A stretch of 64,000 nt of DNA. Source: Geopsychrobacteraceae bacterium (GTDB taxonomy: Bacteria > Desulfobacterota > Desulfuromonadia > Desulfuromonadales > Geopsychrobacteraceae). The notes beneath the pieces are model-generated. The model was given only the letters and a program-made list of their open reading frames with translations. It made no database searches and had not been told where the DNA came from. Of the stretch, positions 27,427-37,770 are shown in pieces. Location of the stretch: NCBI GenBank assembly GCA_963676795.2, contig CAXXTB010000001.1, positions 256,001 through 320,000 of the forward strand. The letters run 5' to 3'. Every line of letters begins with the position of its first letter. The first letter of the stretch is position 1. The position numbers and the translations under genes are program-made.

Positions 27427-29388
27427 TCACAGCATATCGGTATAGGGGGTCAGATAGGCGTCGGTGTTCCACGGCCGCCCCAGAAAGCGTTCGATGTCAG
27501 TTGTGGCATCGTAATCATAGCTGTTCGTGTAGATGATCTCTTTCAGGCGCTGCCCCAGTTCGCGATTCATAAACCCGTCTTCCGCCTGCCGGAACTCCGA
27601 AGCGATATCGTCTGCGACCACCTCTGACCAGAGATAACCGTAAACGGTCGCCGGATAGGTAGCCATTTGGGTGGGTATTGAGCTCTCGCTCATCGGACTT
27701 AAATAGTATTCCTCCAGGCTCTGGTTATATAGCGCCAGGGGATCAAATGCCGCATCAGCAATCTCTTCAGCGGTATAATCAGCGTAAGCTCGAAGCCCGA
27801 ACATCGATCCGGCGACACGGAATTTTTCCTCGCGCAGAGCGTTGAAGAACTTTGCCTGAAGAAAACTTGCCATTTCGTCGGCGCTTAATGTCGGTGAATC
27901 ACCCTGAAGAATCTCCAGGACTTGCGGATCACCCATCCAGCGCTCCAGAAGTTGTGACATAAGTTCCAGATAGTCCGCATTTTTAGCAACATAGGTATTG
28001 TAGTAGCTGGTCGTTTCGCAGGCCATATTCAAAAAGTGGCCGAATTCATGGAAAAGGCTGCGGGTTTCGTCCCAGCTCAACAGGGTCTGGCTGTCAGCCT
28101 CTGGTTGGCCAAAATTGCTCTGCAGCAGTAAAACAGGCCGCATCCGCATGCCATCCTGTGTGTAAGATCCGGCAATTGGGGCAATTTGGGTAATCTCCTG
28201 CTTGTTGTCACGGTCATATATATCCAGATAGAGACTGGCCACCGGGTCGCCCGTCCCGGCATCTGTCGCCTCATAGTAGCTCACATTGTCAGCCCAGACG
28301 CTGGTCGGCGCTGGGACCTGCTCCAGATGAATCCCGAAAACACGTTCAGAGATCGTAAGCAGGGCGCGCATGACGTTCTCAAGCGGGAACATCTCTCCGT
28401 AATAATAGAAATGCCTAAAATTGGAGAATTGATAGTCTTCCGCAATCCAGGCATTCTGCCAGGTGGAGAAATCCGTGGCAGAAATCTGGGCAGCGGGGTC
28501 GCCGGTCGCTGCCTGCTTGAGCGCAGCCATCTCCTCTTGCAAAGTCGTGAAAGGGATGTCGAGTTGATCCGAGATGGTCTGGACGAATTCCCTGGCGACT
28601 TCGGGCGTTGCGGCCATTGTCTCGGTAATATAGTAATCGGCCGCACTCTGCTTACCTTTGATATTGGCCAGCAGGGTATGGGTATAAAGCAGCTGCTTGA
28701 AGATAGCGACAGACTCGCTGTCCAACCCCTGGGTCAGATAATAGACCATCTGCTGAAATAGCGACTGGGTCTGAACGCGAAGCAACTCAGACTGTTGCAA
28801 CTGTGCTGATTCCTCAGCGGTCATATCGGGGTTTGTAGTAACCCTCTGCAACAGTTCACGCTCTTCGCCGCTGTAGTCGTCAATACTTGGGTAGAATGAT
28901 GCCAGAACCTCCTGCAACTGTTGATTCAGCTTGATCTCTGTCAGATATTCCGCCAGTTGCGCTATCGCCGCCATGGCGGCAGCCTGCACCTCTGGCGAGG
29001 GTGAAACGGATAATAATTCGGAGAGCACGCTGAAATAGCGGAAGCCCAGATAGCTCAGCCGGTCATAGGGGAGAATACAGTTCTCAAAGGTCTGGGGTTC
29101 GGCATCAATGATGGCCTGAAAGCCTTCTTCCATCTGGCCCAACAAAACCTGTGTTTCCGTTTCTATCTCCGCGGCGCTCTGCGGAAAAGAGATGACGGTA
29201 AACTGGGCAGGGTACTGGGCAGACTCGCTACTTTCATGATCGTGATCACTGCCACAACCGGGCAGGGTCGCAAGCAGAACCACAGAAAGAACGATAACGA
29301 GACTTCGGAGCAGATGTTTGCTTTTCAAGGAGAGGCCCCCAATCGGAAGGTCAGGAAAAATTACCGCTGCCATATAGAGCAGCGTCAT
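27427..29388 (-). CDS. M3-family metallopeptidase, probable lipoprotein (start may be about 60 nt downstream)
   Basis: LFHEFGH zinc motif, DYLELMSQLLERW, YGYLWSEVVA; lipobox-like LPGC. Confidence 0.85.
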   Translation of the reverse strand: MTLLYMAAVIFPDLPIGGLSLKSKHLLRSLVIVLSVVLLATLPGCGSDHDHESSESAQYPAQFTVISFPQSAAEIETETQVLLGQMEEGFQAIIDAEPQTFENCILPYDRLSYLGFRYFSVLSELLSVSPSPEVQAAAMAAIAQLAEYLTEIKLNQQLQEVLASFYPSIDDYSGEERELLQRVTTNPDMTAEESAQLQQSELLRVQTQSLFQQMVYYLTQGLDSESVAIFKQLLYTHTLLANIKGKQSAADYYITETMAATPEVAREFVQTISDQLDIPFTTLQEEMAALKQAATGDPAAQISATDFSTWQNAWIAEDYQFSNFRHFYYYGEMFPLENVMRALLTISERVFGIHLEQVPAPTSVWADNVSYYEATDAGTGDPVASLYLDIYDRDNKQEITQIAPIAGSYTQDGMRMRPVLLLQSNFGQPEADSQTLLSWDETRSLFHEFGHFLNMACETTSYYNTYVAKNADYLELMSQLLERWMGDPQVLEILQGDSPTLSADEMASFLQAKFFNALREEKFRVAGSMFGLRAYADYTAEEIADAAFDPLALYNQSLEEYYLSPMSESSIPTQMATYPATVYGYLWSEVVADDIASEFRQAEDGFMNRELGQRLKEIIYTNSYDYDATTDIERFLGRPWNTDAYLTPYTDML

Positions 29389-29603
29389 CTGGAACCATTA
29401 AATTAACAGAAATCAAGAATTATTCCAGCTCAAGAGAATACTGCCTGGTTTTCTGACCATCAGGAGAGGGCTTGCAGCTGGTGGAAAAAATTCCCATGCC
29501 GACGAATAATTTTCTGCTAATCTGGAAATCTGTCCGCTAAACGATTCGGCGCTTATTAAGCCCAACAATCCGACAAAAAGCCCTAGCTTCAGAGGCAAGA
29601 GCT

Positions 29604-30002
29604 ATGAATTCAGTCGTCACAATCTTACTTTCCCTTATTCCTTTTATCCTGGTTGGCGGCTGGCTGGTCTACAGGGATGTAAATTCCAAGAATTCGCTGC
29701 TGAAAAGATCGAAGCGCCTGGCGAAACGGATCAGGGTCGGCGACAAAATCTACGTCATCAAAAAGAAATCCAGAATCCTCGCCGTGGAAAAGAAATCAGG
29801 CAAAGAAGTCATTGTCACGACCTGCGGTTTCGATAACGAAAATGAGCGGCTCGAAGGGGAGCTGCAAAGCCTCCCGGAAGGGATAAAGGTTTGCTACCGG
29901 CTGGAGAACGGTATTTTCTCGCCGGAGGAAACCGACTGGTTAGCTGGTGAAAACTTCCGTTTTTTAGGAATAACCGAGGTTGAGGAATATGTAGAGGAAT
30001 AA
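29604..30002 (+). CDS. Hypothetical membrane-anchored protein
   Basis: N-terminal TM helix. Confidence 0.65.
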   Translation: MNSVVTILLSLIPFILVGGWLVYRDVNSKNSLLKRSKRLAKRIRVGDKIYVIKKKSRILAVEKKSGKEVIVTTCGFDNENERLEGELQSLPEGIKVCYRLENGIFSPEETDWLAGENFRFLGITEVEEYVEE

Positions 30003-30082
30003 TCCCTGTCAAGCCCGCGTCACCACCGCATGCGGTTTCCCCAGGCGAACAATAAGAAATTACCGGAGAGAGGTCATACACA

Positions 30083-30384
30083 ATGCTTAAGCGAAATGAA
30101 TCCCCCTATATCTCCCATGTTTTGTTTGCACCAATGATCGTAAGGGCGAAAAAAAATCATGTTCAGACAATAACAGCGCGGCAATCAAAGACAGATTGAA
30201 GAGCATTGTGAACGAGAATGGCTGGAAGGAAAAAGTCAGAATTTCCACTTCAGGATGCATGGGTCTTTGTGCCAACGGGCCGAATGTGATCATTTACCCG
30301 CAAAAGATCTGGTTTTCTGAAGTTTCGCCTGATGACGTTGATGAAATCGTCTCAGCCATCGAAAGAATTGTCACCGGCTCCTGA
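30083..30384 (+). pseudogene. Thioredoxin-like [2Fe-2S] ferredoxin, frameshifted
   Basis: Adding one T to the T4 run at 30120-30123 gives MLKRNESPYISHVFVCTNDR...SC...SGCMGLCANGP. Confidence 0.75.
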
Positions 30385-30416
30385 TACCGCCAGGGGACAA
30401 CGTTTAAGCAGAGAAA

Positions 30417-30887
30417 ATGACTATCAAACAAGCCCTGTCAAAATCAGAAATCGATGAGGTACGCAAGCTGTTCGGCGAGTACGAGGCGTTCCTGAATGTC
30501 GATCTGTGTTTTCAAGGCTTCACCGAGGAACTTGCCGGTTTGCCGGGCAAATACTCGCGGCCGGACGGGGACCTGCTCATCGGCCTTGACGGGGAGCGAA
30601 TCGTCGGCTGCGTTGCGGTGCGCAGGCTTGAAGACAACGTCTGCGAAATGAAGCGCCTTTTTGTCAGACCCGAGGCAAGAGGGACGAGGCTGGGCAGAAG
30701 GCTGGCCGAGGAGATTATTGTCATCGCCCGACAACTTGGCTACACGCTGATGCGGCTCGACACTCTCGAAAGGCTCACAGAAGCCATACATCTTTATGAA
30801 GCGCTCGGCTTCAGAAGAACCGCGCCCTATTACGAGAATCCACTTTCCGGTGTTGTATACTTGGAGCTGGACCTAAGCGAAAGATGA
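30417..30887 (+). CDS. GNAT N-acetyltransferase
   Basis: CEMKRLFVRPEARGTRLG, AIHLYEALGF. Confidence 0.92.
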   Translation: MTIKQALSKSEIDEVRKLFGEYEAFLNVDLCFQGFTEELAGLPGKYSRPDGDLLIGLDGERIVGCVAVRRLEDNVCEMKRLFVRPEARGTRLGRRLAEEIIVIARQLGYTLMRLDTLERLTEAIHLYEALGFRRTAPYYENPLSGVVYLELDLSER

Positions 30888-30972
30888 ATGCGGCAGGGGG
30901 GATGCAGATGTGATCTCGATAAGCCGATAATGTCCATCAACAGAATATTTTGAGCATTCCAACGGAGGTTTT

Positions 30973-31329
30973 GTGAAAAAGTACGTACGTTACATCATGC
31001 TGATATCCTTATGCGCAGCACTCGCGTTACTCTCTGGCTGCGCATCAAAATTCACAGAAATTCAAAGCAGCCCACCCGCCAAGTATGAATCCTTGGGCAG
31101 GGTCACAGGTACCGCCAGCGGCTCGATCGGCGTCCTCAGTACCGCCTACAATGTCATCCCGATGGGACTCAATTCCCGGGTAGAACGCGCCTATCAAGAC
31201 GCTCTGGCAAAAGCGCCCGGCGCAACAGACCTGATCAACGTCACCTATCAGGAGTCCTGGTTTTGGTGGATCATCGGGACGGCCAGAACTGTTACAATTT
31301 CCGGTGAAGCGATAAAGGAATTGCCATGA
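30973..31329 (+). CDS. Hypothetical lipoprotein
   Basis: Lipobox LSGC; paralog of the next gene. Confidence 0.8.
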   Translation: MKKYVRYIMLISLCAALALLSGCASKFTEIQSSPPAKYESLGRVTGTASGSIGVLSTAYNVIPMGLNSRVERAYQDALAKAPGATDLINVTYQESWFWWIIGTARTVTISGEAIKELP

Positions 31330-31679
31330 CCTTAAAGAAAATCACAATTCTCGTTGTTGCTCTGAGCGCTTTTGTTCTGGCGGGCTGTGCAGGCAAACCG
31401 GTCACTTTTCAGAACGTCACCCCGGATACAGACCGTACAGCATTCAACTTTGAAAATGGCCGCGAAATTTCCGCATCTGCGAGCGGTTTACAGCTATTGC
31501 TGCTGATCCCGATCAGCATCAACGACCGTCAGGAGCGGGCCTACGAACTGCTCAGAGCTCAGGCCGGCGGCGACTACATTTCAGATATCAAAATTCAGGA
31601 ATCATGGTCCTGGGCATTTGTCGGAACGGTCTATAAAACAACCATCAAGGCAAAAGCCTACCCAAGGAAAGCACAGTAG
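31326..31679 (+). CDS. Hypothetical lipoprotein
   Basis: Lipobox LAGC; shares ERAY...QESWxW..GT with the previous gene. Confidence 0.8.
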   Translation: MTLKKITILVVALSAFVLAGCAGKPVTFQNVTPDTDRTAFNFENGREISASASGLQLLLLIPISINDRQERAYELLRAQAGGDYISDIKIQESWSWAFVGTVYKTTIKAKAYPRKAQ

Positions 31680-31790
31680 CTTTAATCGAGCACAGGGCCA
31701 TGACTTCCATGGCCCCGTGCTTTGCCATTAGCTCAGAATTCACCAGGTCACAAAGCCAAGACATTCAGCAGGATCAGCTTCAGGACATGC

Positions 31791-32069
31791 ATGAAAGAGA
31801 CATTAAAAGCGCTCGGCCAAAACCTGAAGAATGAAATAACCGTCTACCGGTTATTGGCCAAAGACAAGAGGGTGCCGAAGATCTCCAAGGCCCTGCTGGC
31901 AATCGCCGTATTTTACTTTTTCCTCCCCTTTGACCTCATTCCGGACTTCATCCCGGTCATCGGCCACCTTGATGATCTGATCCTTATCCCGCTGCTGATC
32001 TACCTGGCGCTCAGGTTCATTCCAGCTGAGCTCATTGCAGAGGCCAGGCAAATCAGTAAAAACGGCTAG
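31791..32069 (+). CDS. YkvA/DUF1232 family membrane protein
   Basis: PFDLIPDFIPVIGHLDD motif. Confidence 0.9.
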   Translation: MKETLKALGQNLKNEITVYRLLAKDKRVPKISKALLAIAVFYFFLPFDLIPDFIPVIGHLDDLILIPLLIYLALRFIPAELIAEARQISKNG

Positions 32070-32139
32070 CCATTCTGCCAACGCGAATGGATAATTGCAG
32101 ACAAGGGCAGGACGCCCTGAATGACGTCTCTTTATCCGG

Positions 32140-33108
32140 CTATCTGAACACCGTGCTGATCAGATAACCCGTATAGCCCAGGTAACAAACCAGCAACACC
32201 GCCCCCTCGATACGATTGATACGCCCAAGCCCCCGGAAGCCATAGCCGATGACGAACAGCGACAGAGTCAGTGCGGCCATCACAAGCATGTCCCTTTTGA
32301 AGACTTCCGGACCAATCTCCAGCGGATGAATAGCACCGGCGATTCCCACCACCGCCAGGGTATTGAACAGATTGGATCCCAGGACATTGCCCAGGGCGAT
32401 GTCGTGTTCCCCCTTGCGGGTGGCGATCACCGACGAGGCAAGTTCCGGCAGCGAGGTTCCCACCGCGACGATGGTCAGGCCGATAATCAGATCGCTGACA
32501 CCAAATTCGTGAGCTATTTCCACCGCGCCCCAGACCAGGATGCGCGAACTCACGATAAGCAGCACCAGGCCCACCACCAGCCAGAAAAGCGCACGTTTGA
32601 TCGGCATGGCGCTGACCTCCAGCTCCTGCTCCATCTCGCCTCCCAGCGAATCCTCTTTTTTTCTCAGCCCTTGCCAGATGGTCCAGATCATCAGTCCACA
32701 GAAGACAACAAGCAGCAAAACAGCATCAAGCCGGGTAATGTCTCCATCCAGAAGTTGCCATGCCGCCAGCATGGTCACAACCGTGAGAATGGGTAACTCC
32801 TTGCGTAATACCTGCGAATGTACGGCAATGGGACTGATCAGCGCCGTGATTCCCAGAATCAGGGCGATATTGGAGATGTTCGAACCGTAAGCATTGCCCA
32901 GAGCAATACCCGGATTCCCCTGAGATGCGGCCAGCATAGAAACCACCATCTCAGGTGCGGAGGTGCCGAATCCGACAATCACCATGCCGATCAACAGCGA
33001 CGGCATGCCAAAATGACGTGCGGTAGAGGCTGATCCCTCCACAAAGCGATCTGCGCTCCAGACCAAAAGCACAAGACCAAAAATTACTGCGACAGATGCA
33101 AGTATCAT
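32140..33108 (-). CDS. Ca2+/Na+ antiporter (YrbG/CaCA family)
   Basis: Alpha repeats GTSAPE...GSN and GTSLPE...GSN. Confidence 0.93.
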   Translation of the reverse strand: MILASVAVIFGLVLLVWSADRFVEGSASTARHFGMPSLLIGMVIVGFGTSAPEMVVSMLAASQGNPGIALGNAYGSNISNIALILGITALISPIAVHSQVLRKELPILTVVTMLAAWQLLDGDITRLDAVLLLVVFCGLMIWTIWQGLRKKEDSLGGEMEQELEVSAMPIKRALFWLVVGLVLLIVSSRILVWGAVEIAHEFGVSDLIIGLTIVAVGTSLPELASSVIATRKGEHDIALGNVLGSNLFNTLAVVGIAGAIHPLEIGPEVFKRDMLVMAALTLSLFVIGYGFRGLGRINRIEGAVLLVCYLGYTGYLISTVFR

Positions 33109-33383
33109 AAGCTCAGGTACGCCTCTTCATTTAGGAAAACAGCCGGGCAAATTCAGCTCATTCTAGCATGCCGTCACAGCCTGGAATATCGCTTTCGTGC
33201 TGTCTTTCCCGCAAGGAGCCTTGCCTTCTTGGGCGTAACCGGCAAACGGCTCTGTTTCTTATGTCTAATCAATCAGAATACATCAACTGATGATTATTTG
33301 GGGTTGGCGGGTATAATAGAGTCATCTGGTACATCATTGCTTTCAGCCACCATGACGGGAGAGGCGAATTTATGTATGAACAG

Positions 33384-34373
33384 ATGAAAAAGCTGCTGTT
33401 TCTTTGCTCTGCTGCCTTGCTGATCTTTATCTGCTCCTGCGCACCAATACCCGTCACTTCGCCTGAAAAAAACAATCTCTCTGCCTATGTAGTTGCCGAT
33501 GAGGGGACACTGCTGAGCCGATATGCACCGATCTTTATCATTGAGAATGATCAGCGGCCGTACAACCGGATCGGCACCCCCCTGGCGGAGATCGGTGACG
33601 ATGGTAAGGAAGTCATCTCTGTCAGCCCAGTACAGGCGACGCTCTATACCCGGATCGACAGCTTTACGACCGACAAGGGCTCTTTCACCAATCTGCTCTA
33701 CCGCATCCACTTCGAACAGATCCCCGGCGGCCTGATGCCCTTTTACCTGGGACAGGGAAAGAACATCGGACTGCTGGTCATTGTCACCCTCGACAGCCGG
33801 AACCGACCGCTCCTCTATACCTCGCTGCATACCTGCGGCTGCTACCTGGCCTTTGTCCCGACATCTGAACTGCCGGAGGATTATTTCCCCGCCAACTGGA
33901 ACAGGGCACGGCAAGAGGTCTATGGCGAAGAGTTGCCGGGGCTTCTCGACTTCGGCGAATCAGCTGCGGACAGACGCAAAGTGCTGATCCTGCTCAGGGA
34001 CGCCACCCACCGGGTCAAGGATCTGTGGCTCTCTTCTCCTGAAGCTCTGAATCAGTACCATTTGCTTCCCATTCAGACCCGGCCCTTTGAGGCCCTGGAA
34101 GCACTGCCGCTGGAAAACCGGACGACCTCCTTCTATGAAACCTCCGGACCGCGCAGCGGGTACGTCAAAGGCAGCCACAAAATCATGGAACGGCTGCTGA
34201 TGAGCTGGTGGGCTCTGGACTGGAGAATCGGGGAGGACAAAAAACTTGGCAAAAATACCAGTGACGGAATCCTCTTCTACACCAGCCTGAAACCCTGGAA
34301 CAGGCAAGAGTCTGATCTGCGCGATTTTGCCGGATTCCTGAAATTCTGGGGCTGGAATTTTTCCTCGCAATAA
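33384..34373 (+). CDS. Hypothetical lipoprotein
   Basis: MKK signal peptide with CSC lipobox-like end; HTCGCY motif. Confidence 0.7.
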   Translation: MKKLLFLCSAALLIFICSCAPIPVTSPEKNNLSAYVVADEGTLLSRYAPIFIIENDQRPYNRIGTPLAEIGDDGKEVISVSPVQATLYTRIDSFTTDKGSFTNLLYRIHFEQIPGGLMPFYLGQGKNIGLLVIVTLDSRNRPLLYTSLHTCGCYLAFVPTSELPEDYFPANWNRARQEVYGEELPGLLDFGESAADRRKVLILLRDATHRVKDLWLSSPEALNQYHLLPIQTRPFEALEALPLENRTTSFYETSGPRSGYVKGSHKIMERLLMSWWALDWRIGEDKKLGKNTSDGILFYTSLKPWNRQESDLRDFAGFLKFWGWNFSSQ

Positions 34374-34471
34374 TCATATATTCAGGCTCAAATACGCTCG
34401 TAACAATACTTCGGCAGATTATGAAAGGTCTGAACAGACTTGATCATCTTTCTCTGAGGAGTAACCAAGCC

Positions 34472-35023
34472 ATGACCAAAAATCGTGTCTGTCCTGTTGA
34501 ACGGGCAGGATCACTGGATAACAGCTGGCGCAGATGGTTTCAGAACCCGCAGAAGATTCTCAAACCCTACCTGCGCCAGGGGATGACAGTCCTTGATGTC
34601 GGCTGTGGACCGGGGTTCTTTTCCCTCGCCATGGCTGAAATGGTTGGCAAATCGGGCAGGGTTATCGCCGTCGACCTGCAGCAGGGGATGTTGGATAAAT
34701 TGCAGGCGAAGCTTAGCGGAACCCAACTTGAAAAGCGTGTCCAGCTTCATCTCTCGGCTGACGACAGACTGGGTGTCACTGAGCCGGTTGATTTTGCCCT
34801 GCTTTTTTACATGGTTCATGAAGTTCCCGATAAAGCGTCTTTTTTTGCAGAGCTGTACTCTATTTTGAAGGCAGAAAGTTCAGCCCTTCTGGTTGAACCG
34901 CCCTTTCATGTGTCGGACCCGGCATTCCAGAAAACCTTGCAGCTCGCAACGAGCGGGGGCTTTTCTGTCTCGGCTGGTCCGAAAATGTTTCTGCACAAGA
35001 CAGCGTTGTTATTGAAGCAGTAA
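34472..35023 (+). CDS. Class I SAM-dependent methyltransferase
   Basis: VLDVGCGPG motif I; RBS GAGGAG. Confidence 0.9.
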   Translation: MTKNRVCPVERAGSLDNSWRRWFQNPQKILKPYLRQGMTVLDVGCGPGFFSLAMAEMVGKSGRVIAVDLQQGMLDKLQAKLSGTQLEKRVQLHLSADDRLGVTEPVDFALLFYMVHEVPDKASFFAELYSILKAESSALLVEPPFHVSDPAFQKTLQLATSGGFSVSAGPKMFLHKTALLLKQ

Positions 35024-35093
35024 CCTCCAGCAAATCAATCAACCTGATATTTATTTTCTTATCTATTGATGGCAAAACAGGGAGGGGAGTCCA

Positions 35094-35621
35094 ATGTCAA
35101 CACAGGGTATTCTGATCAGAGATGAAAGAACTGCCGATCATGCCGCTATCTCTGCTGTGACAATCGCAGCTTTCGCAACTCAGGAGATCAGCAATCACAC
35201 GGAACAATTTGTCATCGAGGCCTTGAGAACCGCCCAGGCCCTGTCAATTTCACTGGTTGCTGAGATCAACGAACGTATCGTCGGGCACATTGCCTTTTCG
35301 CCGGTCACCATGTCGGACGGCAGCACAGGCTGGTACGGCCTTGGCCCTGTTTCGATACATCCTGATTTTCAGCACAAGGGGATCGGCAAGACACTGATCC
35401 GCGAAGGGCTGTCACGGTTGATGAACACGGGCGCCAAGGGCTGCTGCCTGGTCGGTCATCCTGAATATTATCGGCAGTTTGGATTTGAAAATGCGGCAGC
35501 TTTGACCCTGGAGGGCGTTCCCCCGGAGGTCTTTTTTGTTTTGTCATTCAACGGACAGATCCCACAAGGAACTGTCACCTTTTCTGATGCATTCAAGACA
35601 AGGGGGCCGGTTGAATCATGA
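35094..35621 (+). CDS. GNAT N-acetyltransferase (YhbS-like)
   Basis: LGPVSIHPDFQHKGIG, GHPEYYRQFGF. Confidence 0.92.
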   Translation: MSTQGILIRDERTADHAAISAVTIAAFATQEISNHTEQFVIEALRTAQALSISLVAEINERIVGHIAFSPVTMSDGSTGWYGLGPVSIHPDFQHKGIGKTLIREGLSRLMNTGAKGCCLVGHPEYYRQFGFENAAALTLEGVPPEVFFVLSFNGQIPQGTVTFSDAFKTRGPVES

Positions 35622-35990
35622 TCAACGAAATTCGCTCCGCCCTGCGGGAGGCTGGCGATGAAGAAAAGGCCGCACAACTGCAGCGTTTTTTAAAACCGGC
35701 CCCGGCGAATACGGTGCAGGGGACCTGTTTATCGGCGTCCGGGTTCCGGCAACGCGCCGCGTAGCGAAAAAATTTCACCAGTTGCCGCTGGAAGATACCT
35801 TGAGCCTGCTCCGTTCGGAAGTTCATGAGGAACGACTGCTCGCCCTGATCCTTATGACCCAGAAATTTCGCAAGGGCTCTGCCGTGCAGCAGGCAGAGAT
35901 CGTCTCTATCTGGAGAATGTCGGAACACTGGTCTTCGTGTATTTCCGTGACCCTGAAGGGAATATTGTCGAGATTCAATCGTGGAGATAG
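35618..35990 (+). pseudogene. AlkD-like DNA alkylation repair 5' fragment joined to a VOC/glyoxalase 3' fragment
   Basis: QRF(F)KTGPGEYGAGDLFIGVRVP...HEERLLAL with a frameshift at a T6 run; then YFRDPEGNIVEIQSW* in another frame. Confidence 0.75.
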
Positions 35991-36093
35991 ACAAGTTCTG
36001 CTCCCAGGGCTGCCCTTGTTCAAACGCCTGGGTTTCAAGTAGAATTTAATCTACAGACTCCTTCAATCGAAGGTTAGAACCTCAAGGACACCA

Positions 36094-37113
36094 ATGAATA
36101 AACAACTCATCACAAATATCAGACCTCTCGGTTTCACCTGGCAGACCCAGGACCCCTTTCTGTTCTGCGTGCATCATCAGGACAGTTATCCTGCTGGCAC
36201 TGGCGAAATGGGACCTGACCCGGCGCTTCTCAAAGGCCGCCAGATCGGCCAGGATTTCACCCCCAAAGACGGTTGGCGCATGTACCACGGTGATACGGTT
36301 CCGGGCTTTCCCGAGCACCCGCACAGGGGATTTGAGACGGTCACTGTTGTTCTCGAGGGATTTGTCGATCATTCCGACTCGCACGGCGCGGCCGGCCGCT
36401 ACGGGGTAGGGGACGTGCAGTGGATGACGGCCGGCTCCGGCCTGCAACACGCCGAGATGTTCCCTCTGATTCACCGGGACAGGCCGAACCCGCTGGAACT
36501 GTTCCAGATCTGGCTCAACCTGCCGGGCAGAAGCAAATTTGTCGAACCGCACTACAAGATGCTCTGGGCCGAGGATATCCCCACCCGCCGGGAGCTGGAT
36601 CCAAGCGGCAAAGAGATCGCGGTTACCATCATTGCCGGACAGCTGCATGAGGTCAAAGCCCCGGCCCCGGCGCCCGATTCCTGGGCGGAGGATTCCGCCA
36701 ACGAGGTAGCGATCTGGCTGATTCAACTCGAAGCCGGCGCCACATGGACCCTTCCGCCTTGCTCACCGGAGATCCACCGTTCGCTCTATTTTTACCGGGG
36801 GGATTCTCTCAAGCTTGCCGGCATTAACCTTGATCACTACCACTCAGCGGATATCGTTGCTGGACAGTCCGTACCTCTGGAAAACGGCCAGGAAACGACG
36901 TTTCTGCTTCTGCTCCAGGGGAAACCGATCGCTGAGCCGGTGGAGCAGCACGGTCCCTTCGTCATGAACAGCAAGGAGGAGATCAACCAGGCGATCGCCG
37001 ATTACCGGACGACCCGCTTCGGTGGCTGGCCCTGGCCGCGACCTGACCATATCCACCCCAGAGAAAGCGGCCGCTTCGCACTCTACGCCGACGGGCGCAG
37101 AGAAGAGAAGTGA
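36094..37113 (+). CDS. Pirin family protein
   Basis: HPHRGFETVT, QWMTAGSGLQHAE, GPFVMN. Confidence 0.95.
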   Translation: MNKQLITNIRPLGFTWQTQDPFLFCVHHQDSYPAGTGEMGPDPALLKGRQIGQDFTPKDGWRMYHGDTVPGFPEHPHRGFETVTVVLEGFVDHSDSHGAAGRYGVGDVQWMTAGSGLQHAEMFPLIHRDRPNPLELFQIWLNLPGRSKFVEPHYKMLWAEDIPTRRELDPSGKEIAVTIIAGQLHEVKAPAPAPDSWAEDSANEVAIWLIQLEAGATWTLPPCSPEIHRSLYFYRGDSLKLAGINLDHYHSADIVAGQSVPLENGQETTFLLLLQGKPIAEPVEQHGPFVMNSKEEINQAIADYRTTRFGGWPWPRPDHIHPRESGRFALYADGRREEK

Positions 37114-37249
37114 CCTCGGCTGGTGATTTTTTATCTCTGATTCATCGCCAGCCATCGATCCTCATGTAAACTTATATCTGATGCGTCACGTTGTGTGTCT
37201 TTCAAAAATGCCGGTCGAGTGACACCTACCGTTCACCGGGAGTGCAGCC

Positions 37250-37720
37250 ATGTCACAGTTTATAGATAAGGCAAAAATCGCTGAGCTGAATTGTGAAATC
37301 GAATCGTTACGCCATGAATTACAGAATCAGAATAAAGAACTTGAAGACCTCAAGGAAAAAAATTCAGAGGATATAACGGAACTGGAGTGGGAAGTCAGTG
37401 ACTACAGACAGCATGAAGCGGTCGACTATGAACAACGGGTCGAAACGATCAACAAAGAATTGGAGAACAGCAAAAACAAGGAAAACCCGGTGGAACAGTT
37501 CCTTGCGACTTTAGAACTGGACGATGCCGCTTCAGTTGCAGCAACCATCGATCAATATTACCGGAAAAAGCAGCAACCCCGGTTGGTCATTGTCTTTCTG
37601 CTCGGCATTCTGGTTCCGCTGGCCGTCTGGTTTATCAATGATTTTGCCAGTAACGATCAGTCCTACGGGACGATCTTCAGACAACTTATCGACAACCTTG
37701 CAAAATTCATCAGCAGCTGA
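37250..37720 (+). CDS. Hypothetical coiled-coil membrane protein
   Basis: Acidic heptad-rich N-terminus plus C-terminal TM helix. Confidence 0.7.
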   Translation: MSQFIDKAKIAELNCEIESLRHELQNQNKELEDLKEKNSEDITELEWEVSDYRQHEAVDYEQRVETINKELENSKNKENPVEQFLATLELDDAASVAATIDQYYRKKQQPRLVIVFLLGILVPLAVWFINDFASNDQSYGTIFRQLIDNLAKFISS

Positions 37721-37770
37721 ATCCGCCGGGAGGAAAACCCTCACTCAACCCCGTCACACAACCGCTGCTA

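Noticed and set aside
33109..33370. yybP-ykoY riboswitch upstream of the Ca2+/Na+ antiporter
   Set aside because: Conserved GGGGAGUA and GAGACC motifs not found
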